From Bdellovibrionota bacterium (GTDB lineage Bacteria > Bdellovibrionota_G > JALEGL01 > DATDPG01), in contig OY764265.1 of the NCBI GenBank assembly GCA_963668355.1, positions 1,824,001-1,888,000 of the forward strand: a DNA stretch of 64,000 nucleotides, in the 5' to 3' direction. A program made the translations under genes and the position numbers. Numbering within the stretch: position 1 is the first letter of the stretch; each line of letters begins with the position of its first letter. The notes under the pieces were generated by a model. The model was not told the origin of the DNA and ran no database searches. It worked only from the letters and a program-made list of their open reading frames with translations. This document shows positions 50,806 to 59,577 of the stretch, in pieces.

Positions 50806-51312
50806 ATGTCAATTCCGTGGAAAAATTTGATTTGTTTGAGCGTGTTGCTCTGTGGCTTGGGTTCTGCGCATGGGATGGATCGCTACTCTTACATGGGGGT
50901 TTCGCTGGGTGTTCCCATGGACTTGGATCCGAGTGTTGAAAGGGGCAATTTAACCTATGGGCTGGATGCCGCCTATTTTTTGTCTGAAGATTGGGCAGCC
51001 GTCATGGGTTGGGGTTTTGGTCTCGAAGATGACCACAAAATTGATCTCGCGCTTGGCATGCAAGGGTTTTTGGAAATGAAAACATGGGTGCGTCCCTATC
51101 TTGCGGGCAAGTTCCTCTACGTTCTCCAACCCGAAAAAGATTTGGGCTGGCGATTAAGCGCTGGCGCGGAATGGAATCTTCGCGTTTTAACGGGTCTCGA
51201 CAATCTTCAGGTCTTCACCGAGACAGGGGTCTCTCAAATTTTGACCAACACGACCAACGGGGACGAACTTACGCTAGAAATTTTTCGTCTGGGTTTGAGT
51301 TGGAGCTATTGA
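50806..51312 (+). CDS. Small outer-membrane beta-barrel protein
   Basis: Signal peptide, alternating beta-strands, VRPYL, ends LGLSWSY. Confidence 0.6.
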   Translation: MSIPWKNLICLSVLLCGLGSAHGMDRYSYMGVSLGVPMDLDPSVERGNLTYGLDAAYFLSEDWAAVMGWGFGLEDDHKIDLALGMQGFLEMKTWVRPYLAGKFLYVLQPEKDLGWRLSAGAEWNLRVLTGLDNLQVFTETGVSQILTNTTNGDELTLEIFRLGLSWSY

Positions 51313-51365
51313 TCTCGGAATTAAATCGCCTCGATCATTTCCGTCATTCGCTGCCTGGCCAAAGT

Positions 51366-54047
51366 CTAATGGGCTTCGAGCCAGTTGTTGCCGACTCCGA
51401 TTTGGACCAGTGTGGGTACACGGAGTTCCATCGCGTGTTCCATTTCGTATCTGACCATTTCTTTGAGGGGCTCCAATTCATTTTCCGGAGCTTCGAAAAG
51501 AAGTTCGTCGTGAACTTGCAGAAGCATCTTGGCTTTGAATCCCTCATGTAATTTTTTATGAATCCGAAGCATGGCCAGTTTAATCAGGTCTGCGGCGCTT
51601 CCCTGAATGGGAGTGTTGATGGCAATGCGCTCGGCGTTTGTGAACATGCGAGGGTTGGAGCTATTGATGTCCGAAACATCCCTTCGTCTTCCCAAGATGG
51701 TCGTGACAAATTCATTTTTTCGCGCTTGGTCTTTCGTGTTTTCCAAGAAGTCTCGAATTCCAGGATACTTTTCGAAGTAGTTGGCGATGAATTCCTTGGC
51801 TTCCTCTAAGGAGATCCCCGTTTCTTGAGACAATCGTCTGGATCCCATGCCATAAATGACGCCGAAGTTGATGGCTTTTGCCCGGCCCCGAAGTTCTGAA
51901 GACACGTTTTCATTTTTGACGCCAAAAACCACAGAAGCTGTTCTTCGATGAACATCTTCATTGTTCTGGAAGGTTTCAATCAGGGTAGGGTCCTCGGACA
52001 AGTGGGCTAAGATGCGAAGCTCAATTTGGGAATAATCGGCCGAAAGAAATTTCCATCCTTTGTGTCCTGGCACAAAAGCCGCCCGTATTTCCTTTCCCAA
52101 TGGGGTTCGAATGGGAATGTTCTGTAGATTGGGCTCAGAAGAAGACAGCCTACCTGTAGCCGTGATGGTTTGGTTGAAAGATGTATGAATTCGCCCGGTT
52201 TTAGGATGAATGAGTTCGGGAAGCGAATCGACGTAGGTCGACTGCAACTTGGAAAGATTCCGATATTCCAAAAGAGAAGCCACGATGGGGTGCTTGGCAT
52301 AGGTTTCCAACGTATCTTGGTCGGTAGAGTATCCCGTTTTTGTTTTTTTCACCCTTTTCACACCAACGGCATCTTGAATCTTGAGCTTTTCAAAGAGGAT
52401 GGGACCCAATTGTTTGGGAGATTTGATGTTGAATTCTTCTCCGGCTTCTTCAAAAATGCGAGTGGTCAATTCTTTCAATCGCTGGGTTAGCTTTCTGGAG
52501 AGTTTGGACAAACTTTCCTTGTCCAAAGCGATCCCGACTCTTTCCATGTCTCCAAGAACCTCGATGAGGGGGAGCTCAACGTCTTGATAGAGCGGCGCGA
52601 GTTGAAGTTTTTTCAATTTGGGAAAGAGGTGTTTATGTAGTCGGAGCGTGATGTCGGCATCTTCGCAAGCGTAGTTTTTGATTCTCTCTTGATCGACATC
52701 CAACATGGAAATTTGTTTTTTTCCTTTTCCGATCAATTCCTCAGTTTTGGTTTTTGTGATGCCCAAATGCTTTTGGGACAACGTATCGATTCCATGTTGA
52801 CGAATGGATGGATCCAGAAGGTAGGATTCCAACATGGAGTCAAAAACAATGCCTTGAAGGAAAATGCCCTCGTTAGCCAAAACCGTACGATCAAATTTGA
52901 TGTTTTGCCCTCCCTTGGGTTTTTTCTTGTCCTCTAGGATTGGACGAAGACGGCCCAAAACCTCTTTGGGCGAAAGGGCAATGCCTTGGAGTGGAACGTA
53001 ATGGGCGGAGCCTTCTTGGGTAGAAAAGGAGAGCCCGACGGCGCGCACGTCGGCCGGATGAAGCCCTGTGGTTTCAGAGTCCAGAGCAAACACCTCTGCG
53101 GATTCCAATGTTTTCACGAGTTGGTCTAATTCTTGGGTCGTCTGAACCAAAACATAGTTGGAGTCGGGGGCTTTCTTGGGAGTTTCTTCAGAAAGATTTT
53201 TGGAAAGCGAATGAAACTCCAGCTCTTCGTAGAGTTTCCGAAGACGATTTACGTCGGGTGCTCCGGGAGAAAGTTCCTCTGCGGAGAGGGATAGAGGGAC
53301 TTTCTTGCAAATGGTGACCAGATCTTTGCACAGAAACGCTTGGTCTTTGTGCTCTTTAAGTTTATTTCGGATGCGTTCCGGTTTTACATTGTCCAGATTT
53401 GCGTAAATCTCCTCAAGAGATCCATATTCTGAGATCAACTTCGAAGCCGTCTTGGGACCAATTCCAGGAATGCCAGGCACATTGTCGGAGGCGTCACCCA
53501 TTAGGCCGAGCAAGTCAATGACATGTTTGGTTTGAACTCCCCATTTCTTTTCAGATCCCTCGTCTCCCAAGAGTTCGACCTCATTTCCTTTCTTGAGGTT
53601 GTATAATTTTACTTTTGGGCCCACGAGTTGAAGGAAATCTTTGTCTCCACTTACAATGAATGTCTCAATGTCCTTTTCCTTGGCAGACTCCGTAAGTGTT
53701 CCAATGATGTCGTCAGCCTCATAGGTTGGAAAAATGAGAAAAGGAATGTGCATGGCCTCAACGACTTTTCGGATGTATGGAAGCTGATCGGCCAGTTCTT
53801 CGGGCATATCATCTCGTGTCGCTTTGTATTCGGGAAATTTTTTATGCCGAAAGGTTTTTTCCTTCGCGTCAAAGGCAACGGCGAGAAGATCAGGTTTTTC
53901 GGCTTCGATGAGGCGGAGAAGAATGCTTACAAAGCCGTACACAGCCCCCGTGTGCATGCCACGGCGGTTTGTAAGAGGGTTTGCGCCAAAGCTGAAATGA
54001 CTTCGATACGCAATTGCCGTTCCATCTATGAGAAATAAACGTTTGAT
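51366..54047 (-). CDS. polA: DNA polymerase I (start anomalous, see findings)
   Basis: KRLFLIDG..AYRSHF, YEADD, DSETTG, TGRLSSSEPNLQNIP, DYSQIELR, LQVHDEL. Confidence 0.96.
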   Translation of the reverse strand: MKRLFLIDGTAIAYRSHFSFGANPLTNRRGMHTGAVYGFVSILLRLIEAEKPDLLAVAFDAKEKTFRHKKFPEYKATRDDMPEELADQLPYIRKVVEAMHIPFLIFPTYEADDIIGTLTESAKEKDIETFIVSGDKDFLQLVGPKVKLYNLKKGNEVELLGDEGSEKKWGVQTKHVIDLLGLMGDASDNVPGIPGIGPKTASKLISEYGSLEEIYANLDNVKPERIRNKLKEHKDQAFLCKDLVTICKKVPLSLSAEELSPGAPDVNRLRKLYEELEFHSLSKNLSEETPKKAPDSNYVLVQTTQELDQLVKTLESAEVFALDSETTGLHPADVRAVGLSFSTQEGSAHYVPLQGIALSPKEVLGRLRPILEDKKKPKGGQNIKFDRTVLANEGIFLQGIVFDSMLESYLLDPSIRQHGIDTLSQKHLGITKTKTEELIGKGKKQISMLDVDQERIKNYACEDADITLRLHKHLFPKLKKLQLAPLYQDVELPLIEVLGDMERVGIALDKESLSKLSRKLTQRLKELTTRIFEEAGEEFNIKSPKQLGPILFEKLKIQDAVGVKRVKKTKTGYSTDQDTLETYAKHPIVASLLEYRNLSKLQSTYVDSLPELIHPKTGRIHTSFNQTITATGRLSSSEPNLQNIPIRTPLGKEIRAAFVPGHKGWKFLSADYSQIELRILAHLSEDPTLIETFQNNEDVHRRTASVVFGVKNENVSSELRGRAKAINFGVIYGMGSRRLSQETGISLEEAKEFIANYFEKYPGIRDFLENTKDQARKNEFVTTILGRRRDVSDINSSNPRMFTNAERIAINTPIQGSAADLIKLAMLRIHKKLHEGFKAKMLLQVHDELLFEAPENELEPLKEMVRYEMEHAMELRVPTLVQIGVGNNWLEAH

Positions 54048-54104
54048 GGGGGGATGATTATCATAAAGGAGCTAAGCTGGTAAGATTCTTGTGAGTAGGA
54101 ACAC

Positions 54105-54836
54105 ATGCGAAAACTCTTCAAAAAATACGTGAGCCGGGAAGATTTTGTCGATGACTATGAAGCGACGTTGAAAAATGGTGGTTTAATGCTTGAGGTTCAT
54201 GAAAATATTCCCCCTCGAGATCCCGTTGAAATTGACTTGCAAGTCGAAACCAAGAATCTTGGCACCCTACCTGGGGAGGCCGTGTTTGTTCCAGACGGAG
54301 AACCCCCTTATCAAGTGGGAATTGAGCTCCGGGGTGAATGGAAAGACCTTCTGGAGGAGTGGGTAGAAAAGTTAAGTGACTCCGATACCAAACGAAAAAA
54401 GTGGGGAACCGATTCGGAGTCTCTTCAACATGTCGTTAAGGACATGGAAACGCATGAAAAAGTGCAGTTAGCCATCAAGGGAAACAAGGCGGAACGCCAG
54501 ATTTTAATGAAAGATCAGCACTATATGGTTCATCAGTATGTGTTGAAAAATCCCCGGATTACGCCGGACGAAATTGCGCAGTTTGCTCGGAAACCATCCT
54601 TGTCAGGTGAAATGGTCCAGACGATCGTGGGAAACCGAGAGTGGATGCAAAATATGACGGTGAAATTGGCTATGATCAAAAACCCAAAGACGCCAGCTAA
54701 TATCGTTCAAAAGCATATCGGTTCTCTTCGAGACAATGATTTAATGAAATTAGCCAAAAGTGAGAATGTAAGGGACGCCGTTTCCAAAGCTGCCATCCGT
54801 GTTTTAGCGTCTCGGGGCAAAGTTGTGAGAAAATAG
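54105..54836 (+). CDS. Hypothetical protein: PilZ-like N-terminus plus helical repeat C-terminus
   Basis: Y..TLKNGGL..GIEL pattern; C-terminal VLKNPRIT and IKNPKTP repeats. Confidence 0.65.
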   Translation: MRKLFKKYVSREDFVDDYEATLKNGGLMLEVHENIPPRDPVEIDLQVETKNLGTLPGEAVFVPDGEPPYQVGIELRGEWKDLLEEWVEKLSDSDTKRKKWGTDSESLQHVVKDMETHEKVQLAIKGNKAERQILMKDQHYMVHQYVLKNPRITPDEIAQFARKPSLSGEMVQTIVGNREWMQNMTVKLAMIKNPKTPANIVQKHIGSLRDNDLMKLAKSENVRDAVSKAAIRVLASRGKVVRK

Positions 54837-54841
54837 AATTG

Positions 54842-55228
54842 ATGAAAACCATTCATGTCGTTGCGGGAATTTTTTGGTGCGAAGACCGGTTTCTCATCGG
54901 TCGGCGAAAAGAAGGAGGCTCGTTTGCGGGCAAGTGGGAGTTTCCTGGAGGAAAAGTGCGTGAGGGAGAAGAGGAGAAAGATGCCCTTCGTCGCGAAATT
55001 CAAGAGGAACTGGGTGCGGAAATCGAAGTGGGTGAAAAGTACGCTGAGATCGAACACGACTACACATCCATTCGTGTAAAGCTCAACTTTTTCAAAGCCA
55101 AATTTTTTGGGCCCCCGCCTAAAACATCTACAAGCCACCAAGCCTTAGCCTGGGTTACGCCCAAAGAAGCCAAAAGTTTCGATTTCCTCGAAGCGGACAC
55201 GCCAATCATAAACAAGCTATCAAGTTAG
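54842..55228 (+). CDS. MutT/NudG-like Nudix hydrolase
   Basis: WEFPGGKVREGEEEKDALRREIQEELG. Confidence 0.9.
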   Translation: MKTIHVVAGIFWCEDRFLIGRRKEGGSFAGKWEFPGGKVREGEEEKDALRREIQEELGAEIEVGEKYAEIEHDYTSIRVKLNFFKAKFFGPPPKTSTSHQALAWVTPKEAKSFDFLEADTPIINKLSS

Positions 55229-55240
55229 CTTTGGGAGATC

Positions 55241-55663
55241 ATGTGGGAGGGTCCTGTCGTTTCCGAAAAGGGTGCGCTGCGGCCCGATACTCCTCGGCAC
55301 CCTTTTCGGAAACGCCACCCTTTAACCCTATCCAAGAGATGTCTACTCTGAAAATAATTTCCACATGTTTGGGATAGAGAAAAGAATACCTAATGTCATT
55401 AGATCGTAACCTGCCCAGTAGTAAATCCTATGCTTCAGGTTCATATGGGAACAACCCAGCGATGTTAGATTGCCGATCTTAATATATGGAACTTTCGCAA
55501 TGGGGAAGACAATGATTCATTGAGCATAAGCATCGCGTTTGAAGTTCATGATTTGATTAAAAACAATGTTGGATAGGTCTAAAGGGTGGCGATTTCAAAA
55601 GGGTTGGCGAGCACTGTCGGGGCGCAGTCCAACCCTTTTGAAATCGCCAGGACCCTCCCACAT
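55241..55663. repeat. MITE/REPIN-like element: 95-bp inverted arms around 233-bp cargo
   Basis: Arms 55241-55335 and 55569-55663; perfect 16-bp termini ATGTGGGAGGGTCCTG; internal hairpin in each arm. Confidence 0.85.
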
Positions 55664-55701
55664 AGTCTGCAATATTCTGCTTAAAACCTCTTTTTGAGTC
55701 T

Positions 55702-56052
55702 TCAGCTTTGTGTCTGCCGAGCAATAAAGAGGGCGATTTTTTGTCGATCGGATTCTTGGATGTTTTTGAATTTTACACCGACGCCCGAAGAGTTGGGTTC
55801 TCGATTTCCCGGTTGGTCATATGTCCAAACAACCTCGCCTTTGACGTCAATGGCTTCATGGTCATCGGGCAATTTGAATTTTAGATCCATTTCCGTTCCG
55901 ACGGGATACATGGTTCTCGTTCGTATGAACGCGCCTCCAATCGAGACATTTTCCAGTTTGGTTAGAAAGTACTTTTCGTAAGTGCCTAAATCGATTTCGA
56001 TTTCGACCTGGGCTCGTTTTTGTATTCGACGTTCTGAATTGGAGATGCTCAT
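55702..56052 (-). CDS. PilZ domain protein (TIGR02266-like)
   Basis: RIQKR, NVSIGGAFIRT, GEVVW, GVGVKF. Confidence 0.85.
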   Translation of the reverse strand: MSISNSERRIQKRAQVEIEIDLGTYEKYFLTKLENVSIGGAFIRTRTMYPVGTEMDLKFKLPDDHEAIDVKGEVVWTYDQPGNREPNSSGVGVKFKNIQESDRQKIALFIARQTQS

Positions 56053-56134
56053 ACGTAACTTCCAATCTACCACGTCACAGGGCGTTAGGGAATTGCTTGC
56101 GAGGCGAGACCTGCCCAGGTAGTCTGCTCCAATT

Positions 56135-57052
56135 ATGGAAAATGTCATCATCATCGGATCAGGGCCAGCAGGTTTGACTTCAGCCATCTATACATCCAGA
56201 GCCAATTTGAATCCGCTCATGTTTGAAGGTCTCATGGGGGGAGGTCAGTTGATGCTCACGACGGAAGTGGAAAACTTTCCTGGGTTTCCCGAAGGGATCA
56301 TGGGGCCGGATTTAATGCAGAATTTTCGAAAACAAGCGGAACGCTTTGGTACCCGAATTGAAACGCGGGATGTTACGAAAGTGGACTTGTCCAGCCATCC
56401 TTTTCGCGTGTGGGTCGATGACCAAGAGTATGAGACAAAATCGGTGATTGTGGCTACGGGGGCCACAGCGAAAATGCTGGGACTTCCTTCGGAACAAGCC
56501 CTGATTGGAAAAGGCGTTTCTACTTGCGCCACATGTGATGGTGCATTTTTCCGCGAACAAGAGATCTGCTTGGTTGGCGGAGGAGATAGTGCGCTGGAAG
56601 AAGCCATTTTTCTTACTCGTTTTGCCTCAAAGGTGACGCTGATTCATCGACGAGATGAATTGAGAGCCTCAAAGGTGATGCAAGACAAAGCAAAATCCAA
56701 TCCGAAGATTCATTGGCAATGGAATTCTGTTGTCGATGAGGTGTTGGGTGAAACGGTGGTTGAAGGGGTTCGTGTGAAGGATGTCAAAAATGGAGAAACG
56801 ACGAACATTCCTTGCACGGGACTTTTTATTGCCATCGGACACACGCCGAATACAAAGATGTTTGAAGGCCAATTGGAGCTAGAAGACAATGGTTACCTCA
56901 AAACGTACGAAGGCTCCAAAACGAGTAAAGAAGGAGTCTTTGCTTGTGGAGATGTTCAGGACTTTACGTATCGACAGGCCATTACGGCAGCGGGATCGGG
57001 CTGCATGGCGGCATTGGATTGTGAACGTTGGTTAGAGCATAAGGGCCTCTAG
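56135..57052 (+). CDS. trxB: Thioredoxin reductase
   Basis: GSGPAG, CATCDG, GGGDSA, HRRD, GDVQD..YRQAITAAG. Confidence 0.97.
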   Translation: MENVIIIGSGPAGLTSAIYTSRANLNPLMFEGLMGGGQLMLTTEVENFPGFPEGIMGPDLMQNFRKQAERFGTRIETRDVTKVDLSSHPFRVWVDDQEYETKSVIVATGATAKMLGLPSEQALIGKGVSTCATCDGAFFREQEICLVGGGDSALEEAIFLTRFASKVTLIHRRDELRASKVMQDKAKSNPKIHWQWNSVVDEVLGETVVEGVRVKDVKNGETTNIPCTGLFIAIGHTPNTKMFEGQLELEDNGYLKTYEGSKTSKEGVFACGDVQDFTYRQAITAAGSGCMAALDCERWLEHKGL

Positions 57053-57054
57053 AC

Positions 57055-57420
57055 GTGAAGACCATTCTCCCCGTGTTGTATTTTTGGCTTTCGTGTTTGG
57101 CTTCGGCAGGAGCTGCTTTGAGTGGTTTTGGTTTCTTCAGTTATCCCGGAAGTCATCTGCATATGACCTTGGCCATTTTAGGGGGAATTCTTTGGACTGT
57201 GGGTTGCGTGTTGAGCATTCGTCGCCTCAAGTCCAAGCAAGGGCTAATCACAGTACATGTTTATTTTTTAGCCATTTTTTTGGGGTTGGGGGCTCGGTTT
57301 TTTGGCATGGAAGGTAGCTATCACCATTGGGTGGTTTACTTTTTGTTGTTGGCCCAAATGCATGTGACGGTAAAAGCTTCCTTAGCCGTTTCTCGCTTGG
57401 ACTCTCCCGTAGAGAAATGA
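57055..57420 (+). CDS. Hypothetical membrane protein
   Basis: About 4 TM segments; tightly packed between trxB and the next gene. Confidence 0.6.
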   Translation: MKTILPVLYFWLSCLASAGAALSGFGFFSYPGSHLHMTLAILGGILWTVGCVLSIRRLKSKQGLITVHVYFLAIFLGLGARFFGMEGSYHHWVVYFLLLAQMHVTVKASLAVSRLDSPVEK

Positions 57421-58181
57421 GTCGCTTCTTCGGTTGCCAACCTTGCTTGATTGACCGACCGAACAAAGATCTGTGGATCATTGGACATCGTGGATTTCCA
57501 CGTGTGGCTCCGGAAAATACGCTCACCTCTTTTGAGAAGGCCATTGAATACGGAGCGGACATGGTTGAATTGGATGTGACCCTGTCTCGGGAAGGGGTTC
57601 CTGTTGTCATTCACGATTCCCACTTAAGCCGGACGACGGACGGAAAAGGATTTGTGCGAAGACATTCCTTGTCCTCTTTGAGAAAATTGGATGCGGGCAG
57701 TTGGTTTGGAAAGGAATTCCGCCAGGAGTTTATCCCCACGCTTTCAGAAGTATTTGAATTATTCGGGAGCCGAATCTCCATCAACATTGAGATTAAGAAA
57801 GAATCCTTTTCCAAACGCCAACCTTGGGTGGTGGAGGCCGTATTGCGTACGATCGAAGACTTCGGTTTGAGGAAAAGCACTGTGGTCTCTTCTTTTTCTC
57901 CCGAGGTTGTGCGGCAAATTAAAAGAAAATCTTCGAAACAGCCCACGGCGATTCTGGTTTCAAATAGAGGAAAAAAGGCGAAAAATTTAATCCGCCAAAC
58001 GGGGGCAGATGCACTTCATGTGTCTTTGGAGTGCTTCTCCGAATCCCTGGTTGAGGATATGGATTTGTTAGGAATTCCGGTTCGCGTTTTTACGATCAAT
58101 GAAAAACGCACGGCCACACGTCTATTTCGGCAAGGAGCTCAAGCCGTATTTACGGACGAAGTCAAAAAACTGGCTGGCTAA
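57417..58181 (+). CDS. Glycerophosphodiester phosphodiesterase family protein
   Basis: IGHRG, PENTL, ELDV, VIHD, NIEIK. Confidence 0.9.
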   Translation: MSRFFGCQPCLIDRPNKDLWIIGHRGFPRVAPENTLTSFEKAIEYGADMVELDVTLSREGVPVVIHDSHLSRTTDGKGFVRRHSLSSLRKLDAGSWFGKEFRQEFIPTLSEVFELFGSRISINIEIKKESFSKRQPWVVEAVLRTIEDFGLRKSTVVSSFSPEVVRQIKRKSSKQPTAILVSNRGKKAKNLIRQTGADALHVSLECFSESLVEDMDLLGIPVRVFTINEKRTATRLFRQGAQAVFTDEVKKLAG

Positions 58182-59464
58182 GCGTCGATGGAGACTTCGG
58201 GGAAGGGGGGAGCCGGTTTAGCAATGTAATAACCTTGCACGTAATCCACACCTAAGTCAGCCATAACCTCTAAGTCATCCTTGGTTTCTACGCCTTCAGC
58301 AATGGTTTCGCTGTCAATAGATTTGGCCAAGGCATCCACGGCTTTGACCATGGCTCGTTTTCCCGGACTTTCAGAAGCCCCTCGAACAATCGACTGATCG
58401 ATTTTTACATAGCGTGGTTTGATTTCCATGATGGCTTCTAAACTGGAATATCCAGCTCCTACGTCATCAATGGCCATGGTGATGCCTACATCGGTGTAAT
58501 AGCTGATGGCTTGTTTGAAATGGGAATATTGCTCAATGGCATGTCTTTCGGTGATTTCAAAGACAGTGTCACTGATGGGAACATTATGACTTTCCAGAAA
58601 CTTGGAAAAGACTCCTGCTTCGAAATCAGGGTCATAAATTAAGTTGGGTAGGGTGTTGATGAAGAGTTTTCTCCCTTCTTTTTTCCCTTTTGCATTGACG
58701 ATGGCTCGTTTCCGACACACCCGGTCCAATTCAAAGACCAATCCTGTTTCTTCAGCCAGTGTGAACAAAATGATCGGGGCCTCAATTTCTGAATTTTTAG
58801 GACCTCGGCTAAGGGCTTCGTAGCCCAAAATGGACAGATCTTTTGTGCTTACGATGGGCTGATAGACGGTATAAATATGCTCTTCCAAGAGAATTTTCTG
58901 GAGGCGTCCGCGGTTTTTCAATTCCAATTGGGACATTTGAAGTTTGGCGATATCCCTGGCTTCGTCGATTAAATTGAAAATTGTTCGACAGGTCCGAATC
59001 ATGGGGTTCTGAACGACAAATGAGTATCCCACATTGATTTTCGGTAATCCTTTTAGATGATTGTAGAGTTCAAAGAACAACGTCGAATGGAGATAGTTTT
59101 GAACGCGTTCGCAAACCATTTCGACGTCGTCTTTCGAAAGAATGTGACCAGTTCGCTCTTTTCGGGTTTCCGAAAGAAAAATTACGAAGGAGTAGCCACC
59201 CACTTCTGTTAGGGCCACGATATCCGAGTTTCGGATGACAACCCCACGCATGTTTAAAAGAACTTTTCCAACGCGGGTAAGGATGTCGTCAAAAAGCGTG
59301 TTGCCGAACTTCTCCTCAATTTTTCCCAAGCGTTTCCCGTCGACATACAAAAGACCCAAAGCATTGTCTTGGCGCAACAGCTTTTCAACTTCAGGCATAA
59401 CCGCCAAATAACTTGGTATTCCACGATTCGTGTCAAATAGATCAATTTTTGTTTGTCTTTTCAT
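58178..59464 (-). CDS. c-di-GMP phosphodiesterase (degenerate GGDEF + EAL)
   Basis: YQPIV, EALSR, DDVGAGYSSL, KID, AEGVE, QGY; GGYSF replaces GGDEF. Confidence 0.88.
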   Translation of the reverse strand: MKRQTKIDLFDTNRGIPSYLAVMPEVEKLLRQDNALGLLYVDGKRLGKIEEKFGNTLFDDILTRVGKVLLNMRGVVIRNSDIVALTEVGGYSFVIFLSETRKERTGHILSKDDVEMVCERVQNYLHSTLFFELYNHLKGLPKINVGYSFVVQNPMIRTCRTIFNLIDEARDIAKLQMSQLELKNRGRLQKILLEEHIYTVYQPIVSTKDLSILGYEALSRGPKNSEIEAPIILFTLAEETGLVFELDRVCRKRAIVNAKGKKEGRKLFINTLPNLIYDPDFEAGVFSKFLESHNVPISDTVFEITERHAIEQYSHFKQAISYYTDVGITMAIDDVGAGYSSLEAIMEIKPRYVKIDQSIVRGASESPGKRAMVKAVDALAKSIDSETIAEGVETKDDLEVMADLGVDYVQGYYIAKPAPPFPEVSIDA

Positions 59465-59577
59465 TTTTCTTCCAGTCACAACCCCTCCAAGGCAGAACAA
59501 GCATCATAGTATGATATGGATCTCATTTGAACAGCATTTATTTACAGGGGTGAAACCCTTTCGCAGTATGTCAATCG

